38,812 bases of DNA from a virus (IMGVR_UViG_3300014656_000011:1-38812), one strand, 5' to 3'; counted from the first letter of the stretch, positions 7,809 to 17,322 are shown. Notes: generated from the sequence alone by a model not told the origin. Made by a program: numbers and translations.

Positions 7809-8412
7809 TTTCTTTTTTTAATTCATTACCCTTATCTGTTATTAATTTTTCTATTTCTACACCTAAACCTTTATTTTTTATATAATATGTCCTTAATGTT
7901 TCTACATCTTTTATCTCAAGTAACTCTTTTATAACTCTAGATTTTTCTATTTCTTTTTTGTTTTGTGCTTTTTCTTCTGCTAGAGTTTGCACATATTTTT
8001 CATCTTCCCACTTACCTAAAAATACATCTGCATTAAATCCAAGTCGCGACAATTCTTTTGAAAGAGTATTAGTCATTAGTTTTTTCCTATAATCTTCATC
8101 AATTACTATATAATTACCCTTTGCCATATAAGACATTTTCATTGAGTTTCCTGTTGCTACTTCTCCACTTGGAGTAAAAAATATAGCTGATAGTGTTGCA
8201 AGTTTTGTATCTCCAATATCTATCATTCCCCATTCAATATCTTTCAATCCCCACTTTCCACCATATTGTCCGAATTCTCTTGTGGCATTTTTTAATTGAT
8301 ATTGTGGGTCAATGGCTGTTATTTTTCTTTTACCTAAAGAAGCATCTTTAACAAAGTCTGGGTCTGTTTTTTCAACTCTTTCCCATAAATCTAAATTGTT
8401 TTTATTTTCCAT
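7801..8412 (-). CDS. Single-strand annealing protein (Rad52/Sak-like)
   Basis: W..VEKTDP, TAIDPQY...ATREFG..G..WG, KKLMTNTLSKELSRLGFNADVFLG; paired with the exonuclease. Confidence 0.7.
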   Translation of the reverse strand: MENKNNLDLWERVEKTDPDFVKDASLGKRKITAIDPQYQLKNATREFGQYGGKWGLKDIEWGMIDIGDTKLATLSAIFFTPSGEVATGNSMKMSYMAKGNYIVIDEDYRKKLMTNTLSKELSRLGFNADVFLGKWEDEKYVQTLAEEKAQNKKEIEKSRVIKELLEIKDVETLRTYYIKNKGLGVEIEKLITDKGNELKKEND

Positions 8413-8413
8413 T

Positions 8414-8701
8414 TTATTTATTTTCTAATTTTTCTAATGCTACTAACTTTTGGATATAGTCTAGTAATCTTTCTTTTGTGATGTATTTTTTACCTCCGAC
8501 CTCGATAAACATTTCACTCTTTTTTACTTTTTTTCTGAAAGTATCAATGTGCATTCCTACCCAGTTTAATTTTGTGTGTTTTTTATCTGCAAGGTATTCA
8601 TTACAAATATAAGTGGGTGTGAATGTTTCCATTGGACTTCCGTCTTTGTTTGTTGATGTTTCTATTTCTTCTATGATTTCATCTATTTTGTCTTTTAACA
8701 T
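8414..8701 (-). CDS. Hypothetical protein, possibly DNA-binding; first gene of the recombination operon
   Basis: 95 aa, directly after the 8744-8772 promoter. Confidence 0.6.
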   Translation of the reverse strand: MLKDKIDEIIEEIETSTNKDGSPMETFTPTYICNEYLADKKHTKLNWVGMHIDTFRKKVKKSEMFIEVGGKKYITKERLLDYIQKLVALEKLENK

Positions 8702-8743
8702 ATTTTGGTTTTTTATTATTAAGCTACGACCTTTGTTATCATT

Positions 8744-8772
8744 ATTGTATATTACTCTATTGTATAAATCAA
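8744..8772 (-). promoter_or_regulatory. sigma70-type promoter TTGATT-17-TACAAT
   Basis: Near-identical to 1481-1509. Confidence 0.75.
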
Positions 8773-9178
8773 CTTCCCCTTTTTATATTATTATGTTTTA
8801 ATAATATCTATCTTTTTAAAGCCCCCTCCCTAAATAAATAAAGTTATCGTCAATATGTATAAATAATAGAATGATAAAATATAGTATTACTCCCTTGTAT
8901 ATCTTATCTTTAGAGTAATTAGATGCAAATTAAATGGCTCGGTAGGGGGTTCTTCCTTTGGGCGAGTTATTCCTATTTTCCAAGCTGTATTTCATTTGAA
9001 CCCAATTAGTCCTTGAGTTTAAAAGAGCTGTTTTACTACAAGCCCTTAGATGTAGGTTTTATTATTTAGTTTTAAAAATTTGAAAACATTATATTGGCTA
9101 AGATTTTATTAATTTTTTGGGGAGAGACGAATCGTCGCCGAATACCTCTCCCACCAAAAGCGACCATTCTTTTAATAA

Positions 9179-9994
9179 TTATCTACCTAATTGAATAAAA
9201 GGTATAGTTGAACCAGGAACAAATTGTGTAGGTAAAACACCATTCCATTTTTTAGCTGATTCTAATGCTGCTTCAGCATAAATTTTATCTATAACCTTTT
9301 CTCCTTGTTGTGAAGCTAAAGCCTGTGCTTCAAGTCTAGTTTTTTCTGAAAGAGCTTGTGCTTTCAAAATTTCTTGGTCTTTTTTCTCTGATTCAGATTT
9401 TGTAATGTTAGCCTGTTTAAGTGCTTCTTGTTCTGCTACTTGTTTTTCTCTAACAGCTGTTTCATAAGCATCATCAAAATCTAAGTTTGTGATTGATACT
9501 TCTTCAACTCTTACACCTCTTACTGATAGTTGTTCTGTTAAAGTTGTTTGAATATCAATTCTTACTTGAGGTCTATTATCTAATAAACCTTGTGCTGTAT
9601 ATTTTGCAATAGTTGATTTTATAACTTCTTTTATAGCAGGTGTAATTATGATACTTTCATAATCTTTCCTTACTTCTGTAAAAACTTGTTTTACAAAAGC
9701 TGGCTCTAAAGAATAATTTAATGTAACTGCTGCATCAACTATTTGTGCATCTTTTGAATATGATAATTCTGAAACTTCATATTTCTTTATCTTAATATCC
9801 ATTTTGTTTACTTTTTGTGCGATTGGAACTCTTATATGTAATCCTTCCTGCATAATTTCATCTTGAACTTTACCCCAAGTTGTAACAACTCCTCTTTCTC
9901 CTGACTCAATCTGAACAAATGGGTTAAATATTAAAATACCAAATAAAATTAATACTACACAAATAATTATTGTGATAAATTTTTTATTACTCAT
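9179..9994 (-). CDS. SPFH / Band 7 / prohibitin-family membrane protein (likely start MSNKK at 9994)
   Basis: N-terminal TM helix, GERGVVTTWGKV, EGLHIRVP, SKDAQ, coiled coil, KWNGVLP. Confidence 0.9.
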   Translation of the reverse strand: MSNKKFITIIICVVLILFGILIFNPFVQIESGERGVVTTWGKVQDEIMQEGLHIRVPIAQKVNKMDIKIKKYEVSELSYSKDAQIVDAAVTLNYSLEPAFVKQVFTEVRKDYESIIITPAIKEVIKSTIAKYTAQGLLDNRPQVRIDIQTTLTEQLSVRGVRVEEVSITNLDFDDAYETAVREKQVAEQEALKQANITKSESEKKDQEILKAQALSEKTRLEAQALASQQGEKVIDKIYAEAALESAKKWNGVLPTQFVPGSTIPFIQLGR

Positions 9995-10124
9995 AGTTTT
10001 TTTACTTAGCCAATATAATGTTTTCAAAGAACCATATATAAAACAAATCTCGCAAGACGATGAAGCGAATTGCGAGATTTATCTAACAGTTGCTTCATCA
10101 ACTGATTTATTTTGTTGTAGCTTA

Positions 10125-10152
10125 ATTATAACAAATTTTACAATTAATGCAA
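10125..10152 (-). promoter_or_regulatory. Promoter TTGCAT-16-TATAAT with extended -10 (TG)
   Basis: TTGCATTAATTGTAAAATTTGTTATAAT. Confidence 0.65.
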
Positions 10153-10345
10153 ATGTGATACAATTAAAATATCTACTAATAGTGGCGAACCATAAAAAGA
10201 CAAACGAGATAATAATTTATATATAAAGTCTTAACGCCTTTTTTATTACCCTATACAAATGGATTTAGAAAATAGAGAACCTACAATTTAATATTACTCA
10301 ATACATATAGAAATAAAAGACCACTCCTGTTCTCTATTTAATACG

Positions 10346-10377
10346 AAAAAACCCACTGCTTATTTACCAGTGGGTTT
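10346..10377 (-). terminator. Intrinsic terminator after the lysis genes
   Basis: AAACCCACTG...CAGTGGGTTTTTT. Confidence 0.7.
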
Positions 10378-10465
10378 CTCCGTTATAGACCTATGGGTTA
10401 ATAGGACTATCAAACGAAATTATTAGAATTTCTAATAATCCTCTTAAAGAGGTATTTGCATTATA

Positions 10466-10696
10466 CTATTTTTTTATAACAAAAGCATAAACTGTTGAAG
10501 CTGATACTAGCACTCCTAAGATTGATTCCCACAATCCTGTTTGTGATAACCACCAGTATAAACCTCCAACAATTATTGCTCCTACTACTGTTGCTATTTT
10601 ACTTCTAGTTGAGTCTAATTTATTGGTTGAATATTCTAAGAACCAAGATAGTAATCCTCCAACGATAGCTAAGTTTAAAATTTCTCCTAAATTCAT
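10466..10696 (-). CDS. Putative holin
   Basis: 76 aa, three hydrophobic segments, basic C-terminus, next to the endolysin. Confidence 0.7.
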   Translation of the reverse strand: MNLGEILNLAIVGGLLSWFLEYSTNKLDSTRSKIATVVGAIIVGGLYWWLSQTGLWESILGVLVSASTVYAFVIKK

Positions 10697-10698
10697 AA

Positions 10699-11175
10699 TT
10701 ATAATATTAATCTTCTAAAATAATAAATGGGATAATTTCCCCGAATCTTGTAACGACTAGTCCAAGATTCAATCGTGTAATTTTGTAAAAACTTTCCTGT
10801 GTTACTGTCATTAGACATTATAGTTCCTTTATCTCCAATAATACCTACGTGTCCGTTTCTTATACCATTAGCACCCCCATATCCTGTCGGAGAAAGGATT
10901 ATATCCCCTTTAACTGGTATCATAACCTTAACAAATTTAATGTTGTTACGGATTGAATTATACATTCTATAAGTTGAAATGTCTCCACCTGCATAATCTC
11001 CAAAGGCACTATAAACTATATCATTAATAGTTTCAGCACAACCATATTCATCAGGTGCTTTATCGTTAGGTGAAGCATCAATTCCTAAACACCCATAGGC
11101 AACTTTATAAAGTTTCTCTCCTGCTGGTGTTCCGTAATTAAATGTTTGGACTAAAAATTTAAATAAATTATACAT
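10699..11175 (-). CDS. Endolysin, NlpC/P60-CHAP-like cysteine peptidase
   Basis: YGCAETIN (catalytic Cys), KGDIILSP, GHVGI (His), SN. Confidence 0.75.
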   Translation of the reverse strand: MYNLFKFLVQTFNYGTPAGEKLYKVAYGCLGIDASPNDKAPDEYGCAETINDIVYSAFGDYAGGDISTYRMYNSIRNNIKFVKVMIPVKGDIILSPTGYGGANGIRNGHVGIIGDKGTIMSNDSNTGKFLQNYTIESWTSRYKIRGNYPIYYFRRLIL

Positions 11176-11299
11176 ATCTTTTATTTAATACTTTACTTTT
11201 TGGGGATTCTTTCTTTAAAGATTCTTTCTCTACAAATCTTATTGTTGGTTTTTTAGTTTTGCTCGGTTTTCCAACAACTCTAATATTAATTTTCGTCAT
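11168..11299 (-). CDS. Small very basic protein (43 aa)
   Basis: MTKINIRVVGKPSKTKKPTIRFVEKESLKKESPKSKVLNKRYV; overlaps both neighbours. Confidence 0.55.
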   Translation of the reverse strand: MTKINIRVVGKPSKTKKPTIRFVEKESLKKESPKSKVLNKRYV

Positions 11300-11639
11300 A
11301 GCTTATTTGTATTTCATTATTATTAATTTTCTTTTCTATTAAACCGATTACTTGGAGTTCGACAACTTCTGGTAATCTGGCAACTGTTACATACATATTA
11401 AATAGTCCAAATACACTAGCAATAAAAAATACTCCTAAAACAAGCCACATAGCATTTATTACAGCTTTTCCTCCGTCAATTCTTAACTTCCATTCTTCTA
11501 CTTTTTTTAACCTGCCATTGTGTTTTTCTAAAACACCTGTGTTAATTTCTAAAGTCTGATGAAACAACTCAAACTTTGTATGCAATTTGTTTAAGCAAGT
11601 CCCTAGATTATCTATTTTTTGTTCAAGTTCCTTTTCCAT
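11286..11639 (-). CDS. Coiled-coil plus TM membrane protein (lysis-associated, holin-like)
   Basis: KHNGRLKKVEEWK followed by a single TM helix. Confidence 0.6.
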   Translation of the reverse strand: MEKELEQKIDNLGTCLNKLHTKFELFHQTLEINTGVLEKHNGRLKKVEEWKLRIDGGKAVINAMWLVLGVFFIASVFGLFNMYVTVARLPEVVELQVIGLIEKKINNNEIQISYDEN

Positions 11640-11658
11640 AATTAGTGTTAAATAAAAA

Positions 11659-12063
11659 TTATTTAATTACTTCTTCTATAACTGGTTCTTCTATTACTTC
11701 TGCTTCTAATTCTTTAGCTAACTTATCTGCAACTATCTTATCTTTAGCTATTTTTATATCTTCTACTTTATGTAACTTTTCAATTACTTCCTTTCTTTCT
11801 TCTTCTTTTAAAGGATAATTAGATGGTTGTGGTCTTGTTGCTATATGATTTTCTAGTTTAAGTTCTGCCTCTGCAAAACATTTCTCTAGTATTGGTTTAA
11901 GATTAGCCTCATCTAATAAGACTAAATCCCTATCTTCTGAAGATAACCAATGTTCGTAATAAGTTCCTTCTTCTCCGTCTTGTATTGATACTGCCAAAAA
12001 GATTGAAGTTATATTTCCTTCGTGGTCTTTGTTTTGTTCGTATCTTGATATATTGTATTCCAT
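11659..12063 (-). CDS. Hypothetical protein, possible fibre-assembly chaperone
   Basis: Acidic; lies directly after a C1q/BclA-C-like fragment. Confidence 0.45.
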   Translation of the reverse strand: MEYNISRYEQNKDHEGNITSIFLAVSIQDGEEGTYYEHWLSSEDRDLVLLDEANLKPILEKCFAEAELKLENHIATRPQPSNYPLKEEERKEVIEKLHKVEDIKIAKDKIVADKLAKELEAEVIEEPVIEEVIK

Positions 12064-12083
12064 GTTATTGTATTTTATTAAGT

Positions 12084-12566
12084 TTATAATCTATGTAAAT
12101 TAACATTTGCGTGTCTTACTGTAATATCTGTTGTGCTTGTTTGGTTTTGTGTTGAAAGCCAAATTCTATCTCCAGCTACTATTGTAACTAATCCCGAACA
12201 CCCCATTGAACCATAATCAGTAGATGCAAATTTTCTTGTTACTGCTATGTTGTCTAAAGGAGTTAATCCTTTATTTAATTCAAATTGAATGTCTTGTAAT
12301 CGTTTTTCTGAATCAGTAACACTTTTTTCTAAACCAGATTTTTTTATTTCTAAATCACTTACAACTTTAGATAAACTATCGTTAAGAGTTTGCTGGTATT
12401 CACGGTTTTTTTCAAGGTTAGTAATTTCTACTTTCTTTCCTCTAATACTTTTTTCGTGGATTGATATTTCAGTCTGTAAATTAACTAATCTACTTTGAAA
12501 TTCTTCTAGTTGTAGTAATTGTTCTACTGATAATTTAACATTGTTTTTTGGTGTTTTTGTTGACAT
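12084..12566 (-). CDS. Chimeric-looking protein: coiled coil fused to a partial C1q/BclA-C-like beta domain
   Basis: Heptad-like N-terminal 95 aa, then SMGCSGLVTIVAGDRIWL...ANVNLHRL. Confidence 0.55.
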   Translation of the reverse strand: MSTKTPKNNVKLSVEQLLQLEEFQSRLVNLQTEISIHEKSIRGKKVEITNLEKNREYQQTLNDSLSKVVSDLEIKKSGLEKSVTDSEKRLQDIQFELNKGLTPLDNIAVTRKFASTDYGSMGCSGLVTIVAGDRIWLSTQNQTSTTDITVRHANVNLHRL

Positions 12567-12593
12567 ATTTTTTTAATTAATTGTTAATAATCT

Positions 12594-12905
12594 TTAAGGT
12601 GCTATTTCTGTTACTACACATCTAGGAGATGTTCCAGCAACTGATATTGCTCCGTTATAAATTGTTCCAGCTTCCATAGCAGTTGAACCTCCTGTGCCAT
12701 CGTCATTGGCTGTTCCAGCTTTTAAAACTACGTGAAATACTGATGTTGTTGCTCCTGCTCCGAGTTTTACAAAAAGAGGGTTTTGACCTAAATTTTGTAT
12801 CATCCACATTATTCTTGCCGGGTTAGAAGCAATTACAGTATCCCCAGTAGTTGGAGAAAGAATTGCTGGTGTGTTTATATTTTTTGTGCTAAATGTTCCA
12901 TCCAT
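12594..12905 (-). CDS. Small virion structural protein (beta-sandwich)
   Basis: ASNPARIMWMIQNLGQNPLFVKLG...YNGAISV. Confidence 0.6.
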   Translation of the reverse strand: MDGTFSTKNINTPAILSPTTGDTVIASNPARIMWMIQNLGQNPLFVKLGAGATTSVFHVVLKAGTANDDGTGGSTAMEAGTIYNGAISVAGTSPRCVVTEIAP

Positions 12906-13002
12906 TTTTTTTTTTAATACTGATTATTTATTTTCAATATTATTGTTAATTTTTAATAAACTATTTTTAAAACTATATATTTATTGCACTTGTTTGATTT
13001 AT

Positions 13003-13031
13003 TTGCATAATTTTGTTTTTTATTTTATAAT
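13003..13031 (+). promoter_or_regulatory. Plus-strand promoter TTGCAT-17-TATAAT
   Basis: Near-consensus; ATG lies 7 nt after the -10 box. Confidence 0.7.
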
Positions 13032-13038
13032 ATTAATA

Positions 13039-13116
13039 ATGATACAACTTATATTAGCTTTTATAGCTTTCGCTATATTCGTAAAATTCCTTGATTATAT
13101 CGGTACTACTGATTAG
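13039..13116 (+). CDS. Antisense-oriented 25-aa membrane peptide (moron-like), probably leaderless
   Basis: MIQLILAFIAFAIFVKFLDYIGTTD, with its own promoter; converges on the ejection gene stop. Confidence 0.55.
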   Translation: MIQLILAFIAFAIFVKFLDYIGTTD

Positions 13117-14698
13117 TCGCACTTGGTATTAATCCAGCCCTACTTGTTACTGGGGTTATTCCTTTTGAAGCAGTTTGTAATCCCTTAGCTAATCCAAACT
13201 GAATAGCTGGGTTTTCTGCTCCTCTAATTAAACCAACAGTTCCTATTCCTGCAGCTGGACCACCTGCCGAAGAACCTATCATAAAAGGTACAATGTCTCT
13301 CCACCTAATTAAACTACCTGATTGTTTTGAAGCTTTAGTAACTGCTTGTTTGATTGCATTTTCTTTTGCTAGTTCATTAAATAAAGGTATTGTATTAGGG
13401 TTTACTTCTTGGATTGTTTCTTTAATTCCATTGTAAAATATATTAGCTATCTCTTTACCTGATTTTTGTTCAGGTTTTAATAATCCTTCTACTAATTTTG
13501 ATACATAAGTGTTCTTACCTAATGCTGTTTTTAATCTGTTTAAATCTGTTAGATTTAATCCTTCTGTAAACAGTTTATCCACAAGTCCACCTTTACCTGA
13601 AACTGTACTTAGTTTTTTAGATAATTGAGGTAATGTCAAACCTTTATCTTCCAATGCTTTTATAAGTGTTGGATTTTTTGCTAATCTTTGGAATATATCT
13701 TGTTCTGTTAACAGTATATCTTTAACAGTTGGTGATTTTAATTCATTTCCTAATTGTTTACCTAAAGTTTGTAATGAAGTTTTACTTTGATTTAATATAC
13801 TTTGAGCTGTCCCTATTGTTTTTGTTGCTAAAGCTTGTTCTACTTTATCAGGTGTTAGTCCTTTAAATGCTGATGAGACAAGACTTTTAGGCATCATTTC
13901 TAATACTTTACTTATTCCACCACCTGCTAAACCTGTAACTGAACCTATCAATCCTCCTTTAACTGTTCCCTCTGCTGTTCCTGTTTCTTCTAACCCTGCA
14001 CCTGCTCCTGAAACTGTACCCATTTTTACTGCACCTCCTAATGTCCCTACTGGCATACCTAAAGCAACTGTTTGAGCTCCTCGTCCAATATCTTTAATAA
14101 CATCTGCACCTGTTTGTGGAACATCTAATCTTCCACCCTCCCCAAAGAAAGGCACTTTTGCTGATGCTTGATTTACTTCTTCTTCTGTCTTTCCTAAAAG
14201 CCTAGCTCCTAATTGAACTGGTCTTGCTAACATAGTAGCTACTGGTTGTGTAATTCCTCTAGCTAAACTTTTAACTATTCCTTCCCCTTTTGGTTCTTCT
14301 TCTGTTGATTGTTGAGCTGGTTGAGAAGTTACTTGTTGATTTGTTTGTTGTATTGGTTGTGAAGATTTATAACCCTCTGCATTTGCGACTGCTTCTGCCC
14401 ATTTTCCTACATCTAAAGAATCCAAAGTTGCATCAGGTCTAACTTTCATATAGTTAGCTATATTTGCTGTATATTGAGCTGGGTTATTATTATCAGATTC
14501 AGGAGCATAAACTTTTGCAAAGTCTGCTAATGTGCTACTAGGACCTACTCCTGTTGTTGTAGTTCCTGTTTTCTTTGCTTGTAAGTCATTTAACAGAGCT
14601 CCGTATCCTTCTTGTGGAGATGAGAACTGCCTAAAAGTCCCTGTTTTAGGGTCTTTTAAGTTTCCTGGGTTATTGTTTCTGTTTGCTAATGTATCCAT
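13106..14698 (-). CDS. Internal virion/ejection protein with an N-terminal lysozyme-like domain (likely start MDTLANR at 14698)
   Basis: RNNNPGNL...F.SPQEGYGAL...YAPESDNNNPAQY; Gly/Ala-rich helical remainder. Confidence 0.75.
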   Translation of the reverse strand: MDTLANRNNNPGNLKDPKTGTFRQFSSPQEGYGALLNDLQAKKTGTTTTGVGPSSTLADFAKVYAPESDNNNPAQYTANIANYMKVRPDATLDSLDVGKWAEAVANAEGYKSSQPIQQTNQQVTSQPAQQSTEEEPKGEGIVKSLARGITQPVATMLARPVQLGARLLGKTEEEVNQASAKVPFFGEGGRLDVPQTGADVIKDIGRGAQTVALGMPVGTLGGAVKMGTVSGAGAGLEETGTAEGTVKGGLIGSVTGLAGGGISKVLEMMPKSLVSSAFKGLTPDKVEQALATKTIGTAQSILNQSKTSLQTLGKQLGNELKSPTVKDILLTEQDIFQRLAKNPTLIKALEDKGLTLPQLSKKLSTVSGKGGLVDKLFTEGLNLTDLNRLKTALGKNTYVSKLVEGLLKPEQKSGKEIANIFYNGIKETIQEVNPNTIPLFNELAKENAIKQAVTKASKQSGSLIRWRDIVPFMIGSSAGGPAAGIGTVGLIRGAENPAIQFGLAKGLQTASKGITPVTSRAGLIPSATNQ

Positions 14699-14709
14699 AT
14701 TATTTTTAA

Positions 14710-16182
14710 TTAAGCTGGTATCCAATTTCCTTGTGCATCTTGTTTAAAGTTATATCCTCCTGCTGTTGTTGAACCTCCTTTTGAAGTTCCTACTGATTGT
14801 CCAGGATTGCTAAGAATATCTTTCCTTGCTTGTCCTAGAGTTTCAAAGTTATGTCTAATCGCTATCATATCGTTAGGTGTTGGTTCATCAGGTATTTCTG
14901 CCATTGCTTGTGCATTGAAATCTGCTGGAGTTCCACCTTTTGAAGCTGCAAGTAAGTCTGAATAAGCATTTCTTAATGTTTGAACTGCTCCTGTCATAGC
15001 TCTTGTTTGTTCTGAACCTATTCCAAATTGAGTTGATACCCAGTTAGCTGTTTTGTTTATAATTGGTATATTTGTTGTCTGTGAAGCTCCAAGATTATCC
15101 ATTATAGCTTCAACACCATTCAAAGCATTATTTGCTATATCATATTTAATACTTACTGAACCTTGCTGACCTGCCATTTCGTTTGATTGAGCTATATTAA
15201 AGCCTTCTGGTAATGATTGTTGCAAAGCATTTAATCCTCCTTGTCCGTATCCTGAAAGAGCATTTACAGCATCGCTATATGTCATCTGTCCTGTTGTTAG
15301 TTTATCTACAACATTATTTACAGCATCTTGTAAGCTTCCAGTAGTTCCTGTTGTGACCTCTCCTGTTTGTGGATTTACAACTTGGTTAGAATAAGGAACT
15401 TGAATTGGTGAAGCTAATCCTGCAGCTGTTCCTAGTCCTGTTTGCTGTTGTTGTTGTCCTGTAAGTTGTTGTCCTGTTCCTGCTAATTCTGCTTGTTGAC
15501 CTGCTGACAGAGCTTGTTGTTGAGCTGCGGTTGATTGAGCGATTACAGCAGCGTTTCCTTCTGCTACTGGTGTAGTTCCTGTAGTTAAGTAACCTGCCTG
15601 TGCTCGTGCTCCTCTTTGCCCTACATCTGCTATTTGTTGTCCGTATCTTTTACCTATTTCAGCAGCTTTATTTCCTATATCTTGATTTCCTTGAGAAGCT
15701 GTTACTAAGTTTCCTATAAGTCCTGAATAAGAAGTATCTTGTGGGTTATTCACAGGAGCATCTTGAATTGTATTAGTGTAGTTAGGAGCAATCATACCAT
15801 TAGCCATTTGTCCTGTTTTTGGATTTATTACTCTTGTAGGGTCTGTTTCTGCATAAGTCTTTGTTTGTTCTGTTGTAGAAGCTCCTTGAGTAGTTTTAGG
15901 TTGTTCTGTAGTTGGGTGATATGTTTGTGTTATTACTGTTCCATCAGGATTTGTTGTGCTATGTGATTTAACAGATTGATTTGATGGAGCTGTTAAAGTT
16001 GGTGCTTGAGGTTGTTGTTGAGGTGTTGCTACAGCACTTTTACCACTTAAAGAATTAAGAGCTGATGCCAATGGATTTTTATATGATGAACCAGCCCCTT
16101 TATACATATCATAACTGGGTTGTGTCCCAAAATTATATTTTGGTTGTGTTGTTGGTCCTTTATTTGAAAAAGCTAATGTCAT
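14710..16182 (-). CDS. Internal virion / DNA ejection protein
   Basis: Q/T/G/A-rich low-complexity 490 aa at the podovirus ejection-protein position. Confidence 0.65.
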   Translation of the reverse strand: MTLAFSNKGPTTQPKYNFGTQPSYDMYKGAGSSYKNPLASALNSLSGKSAVATPQQQPQAPTLTAPSNQSVKSHSTTNPDGTVITQTYHPTTEQPKTTQGASTTEQTKTYAETDPTRVINPKTGQMANGMIAPNYTNTIQDAPVNNPQDTSYSGLIGNLVTASQGNQDIGNKAAEIGKRYGQQIADVGQRGARAQAGYLTTGTTPVAEGNAAVIAQSTAAQQQALSAGQQAELAGTGQQLTGQQQQQTGLGTAAGLASPIQVPYSNQVVNPQTGEVTTGTTGSLQDAVNNVVDKLTTGQMTYSDAVNALSGYGQGGLNALQQSLPEGFNIAQSNEMAGQQGSVSIKYDIANNALNGVEAIMDNLGASQTTNIPIINKTANWVSTQFGIGSEQTRAMTGAVQTLRNAYSDLLAASKGGTPADFNAQAMAEIPDEPTPNDMIAIRHNFETLGQARKDILSNPGQSVGTSKGGSTTAGGYNFKQDAQGNWIPA

Positions 16183-16210
16183 AATTTTTAATTTATAATG
16201 TTAATAATGT

Positions 16211-17317
16211 TTATCCGAAATTCTGACCGTAAAGGTTAGGATTTCTTGATAATGGTCTTCGACCCAAGTTTACATTGATTGTTTTACTTCCTGCGTATTC
16301 GTCTAGTTGTTTTAACTTTTGATTATACAATCCTTCAAAGTTTTTAAATTTCTGTGGGTCATCTACTATTGTTGACCAATAAAACATTAAAGGCTTCCAT
16401 ATAAGCATATCTTGGAAATCTTCCATTAACAAAGGCATCTGTCCTATAGTATAAGAACCTCCTGAAACGTCTATGCCTTGATATGGTTGGTATAAAGTTA
16501 AAGTTCCAGCTGCACTTATACTTTCAATTTGATACCATAAATTATCTCCTTTTGATTCTGATATTTTAATCCATCTTGATTCTAATTGTCTATTTGTTGT
16601 AGGTGTCCAAACTGTTGTAGTTCCTGTTATGGTTTTAGAACCATTAGTTACTGCAACTGTGCCTGTTGTATAATCAGCAATACTTAAATCTGGTATTCTA
16701 AATTTATAGTTATAGGTTATGGTATTTCCTGTTGTTGACGGTATCGGCCATATTCCTACTTGACCCCCTTTATCTCCTCCAGGATAAACAAAGAAGTTAT
16801 TTGGAATATCTGCATAATAAGGAAAGACATTTAATTTGTCCCATTCTTCCCTTGATAGAACTTCTGTTGGTGTCCATTTTAAAGCTCCTATTGTTATAGT
16901 TACTGTTTTAAGTTTAGAATAATTTGGTGGTGTTGGGTAGAACTGACAACCTCCTACTTCTAATACAGTTGTTGCATCATCTGAAAGTCCTACAGCCCAA
17001 GTCATTGTAGTTGAACCTGCTGTGAATTGAACTTGTCTAACATCTCCATTTGAAAAAGTAACAGATGTAACTGTTGTATGATATAGCCAAGCTGTAGAAA
17101 GTGTTGCTGATTTATCTCCTGATGATAAAGCTCCTGTTGAAGCTAAAGTTTGTTCTCCTACTGTTGAGATACTAAAAGTTCCTTCGTTATTAAAGTATTT
17201 TTGTAATAAATATCTATGTTCTATATTAGCTAATTTACTACCACGAGTAAGATTATCACTAGATTTATTTAGTGAAAAGTCTCCGTAATTTGTTTGTTGT
17301 TCTCCGTATGAAATCAT
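16211..17317 (-). CDS. Head-tail adaptor / tail tubular protein A-like, with beta-domain insertions
   Basis: YPTPPNYSKLKTV, GIWPIPS...ITYNY, PLLMEDFQDMLIW...Y; helical C-terminus. Confidence 0.65.
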   Translation of the reverse strand: MISYGEQQTNYGDFSLNKSSDNLTRGSKLANIEHRYLLQKYFNNEGTFSISTVGEQTLASTGALSSGDKSATLSTAWLYHTTVTSVTFSNGDVRQVQFTAGSTTMTWAVGLSDDATTVLEVGGCQFYPTPPNYSKLKTVTITIGALKWTPTEVLSREEWDKLNVFPYYADIPNNFFVYPGGDKGGQVGIWPIPSTTGNTITYNYKFRIPDLSIADYTTGTVAVTNGSKTITGTTTVWTPTTNRQLESRWIKISESKGDNLWYQIESISAAGTLTLYQPYQGIDVSGGSYTIGQMPLLMEDFQDMLIWKPLMFYWSTIVDDPQKFKNFEGLYNQKLKQLDEYAGSKTINVNLGRRPLSRNPNLYGQNFG

Positions 17318-17322
17318 TTTAT

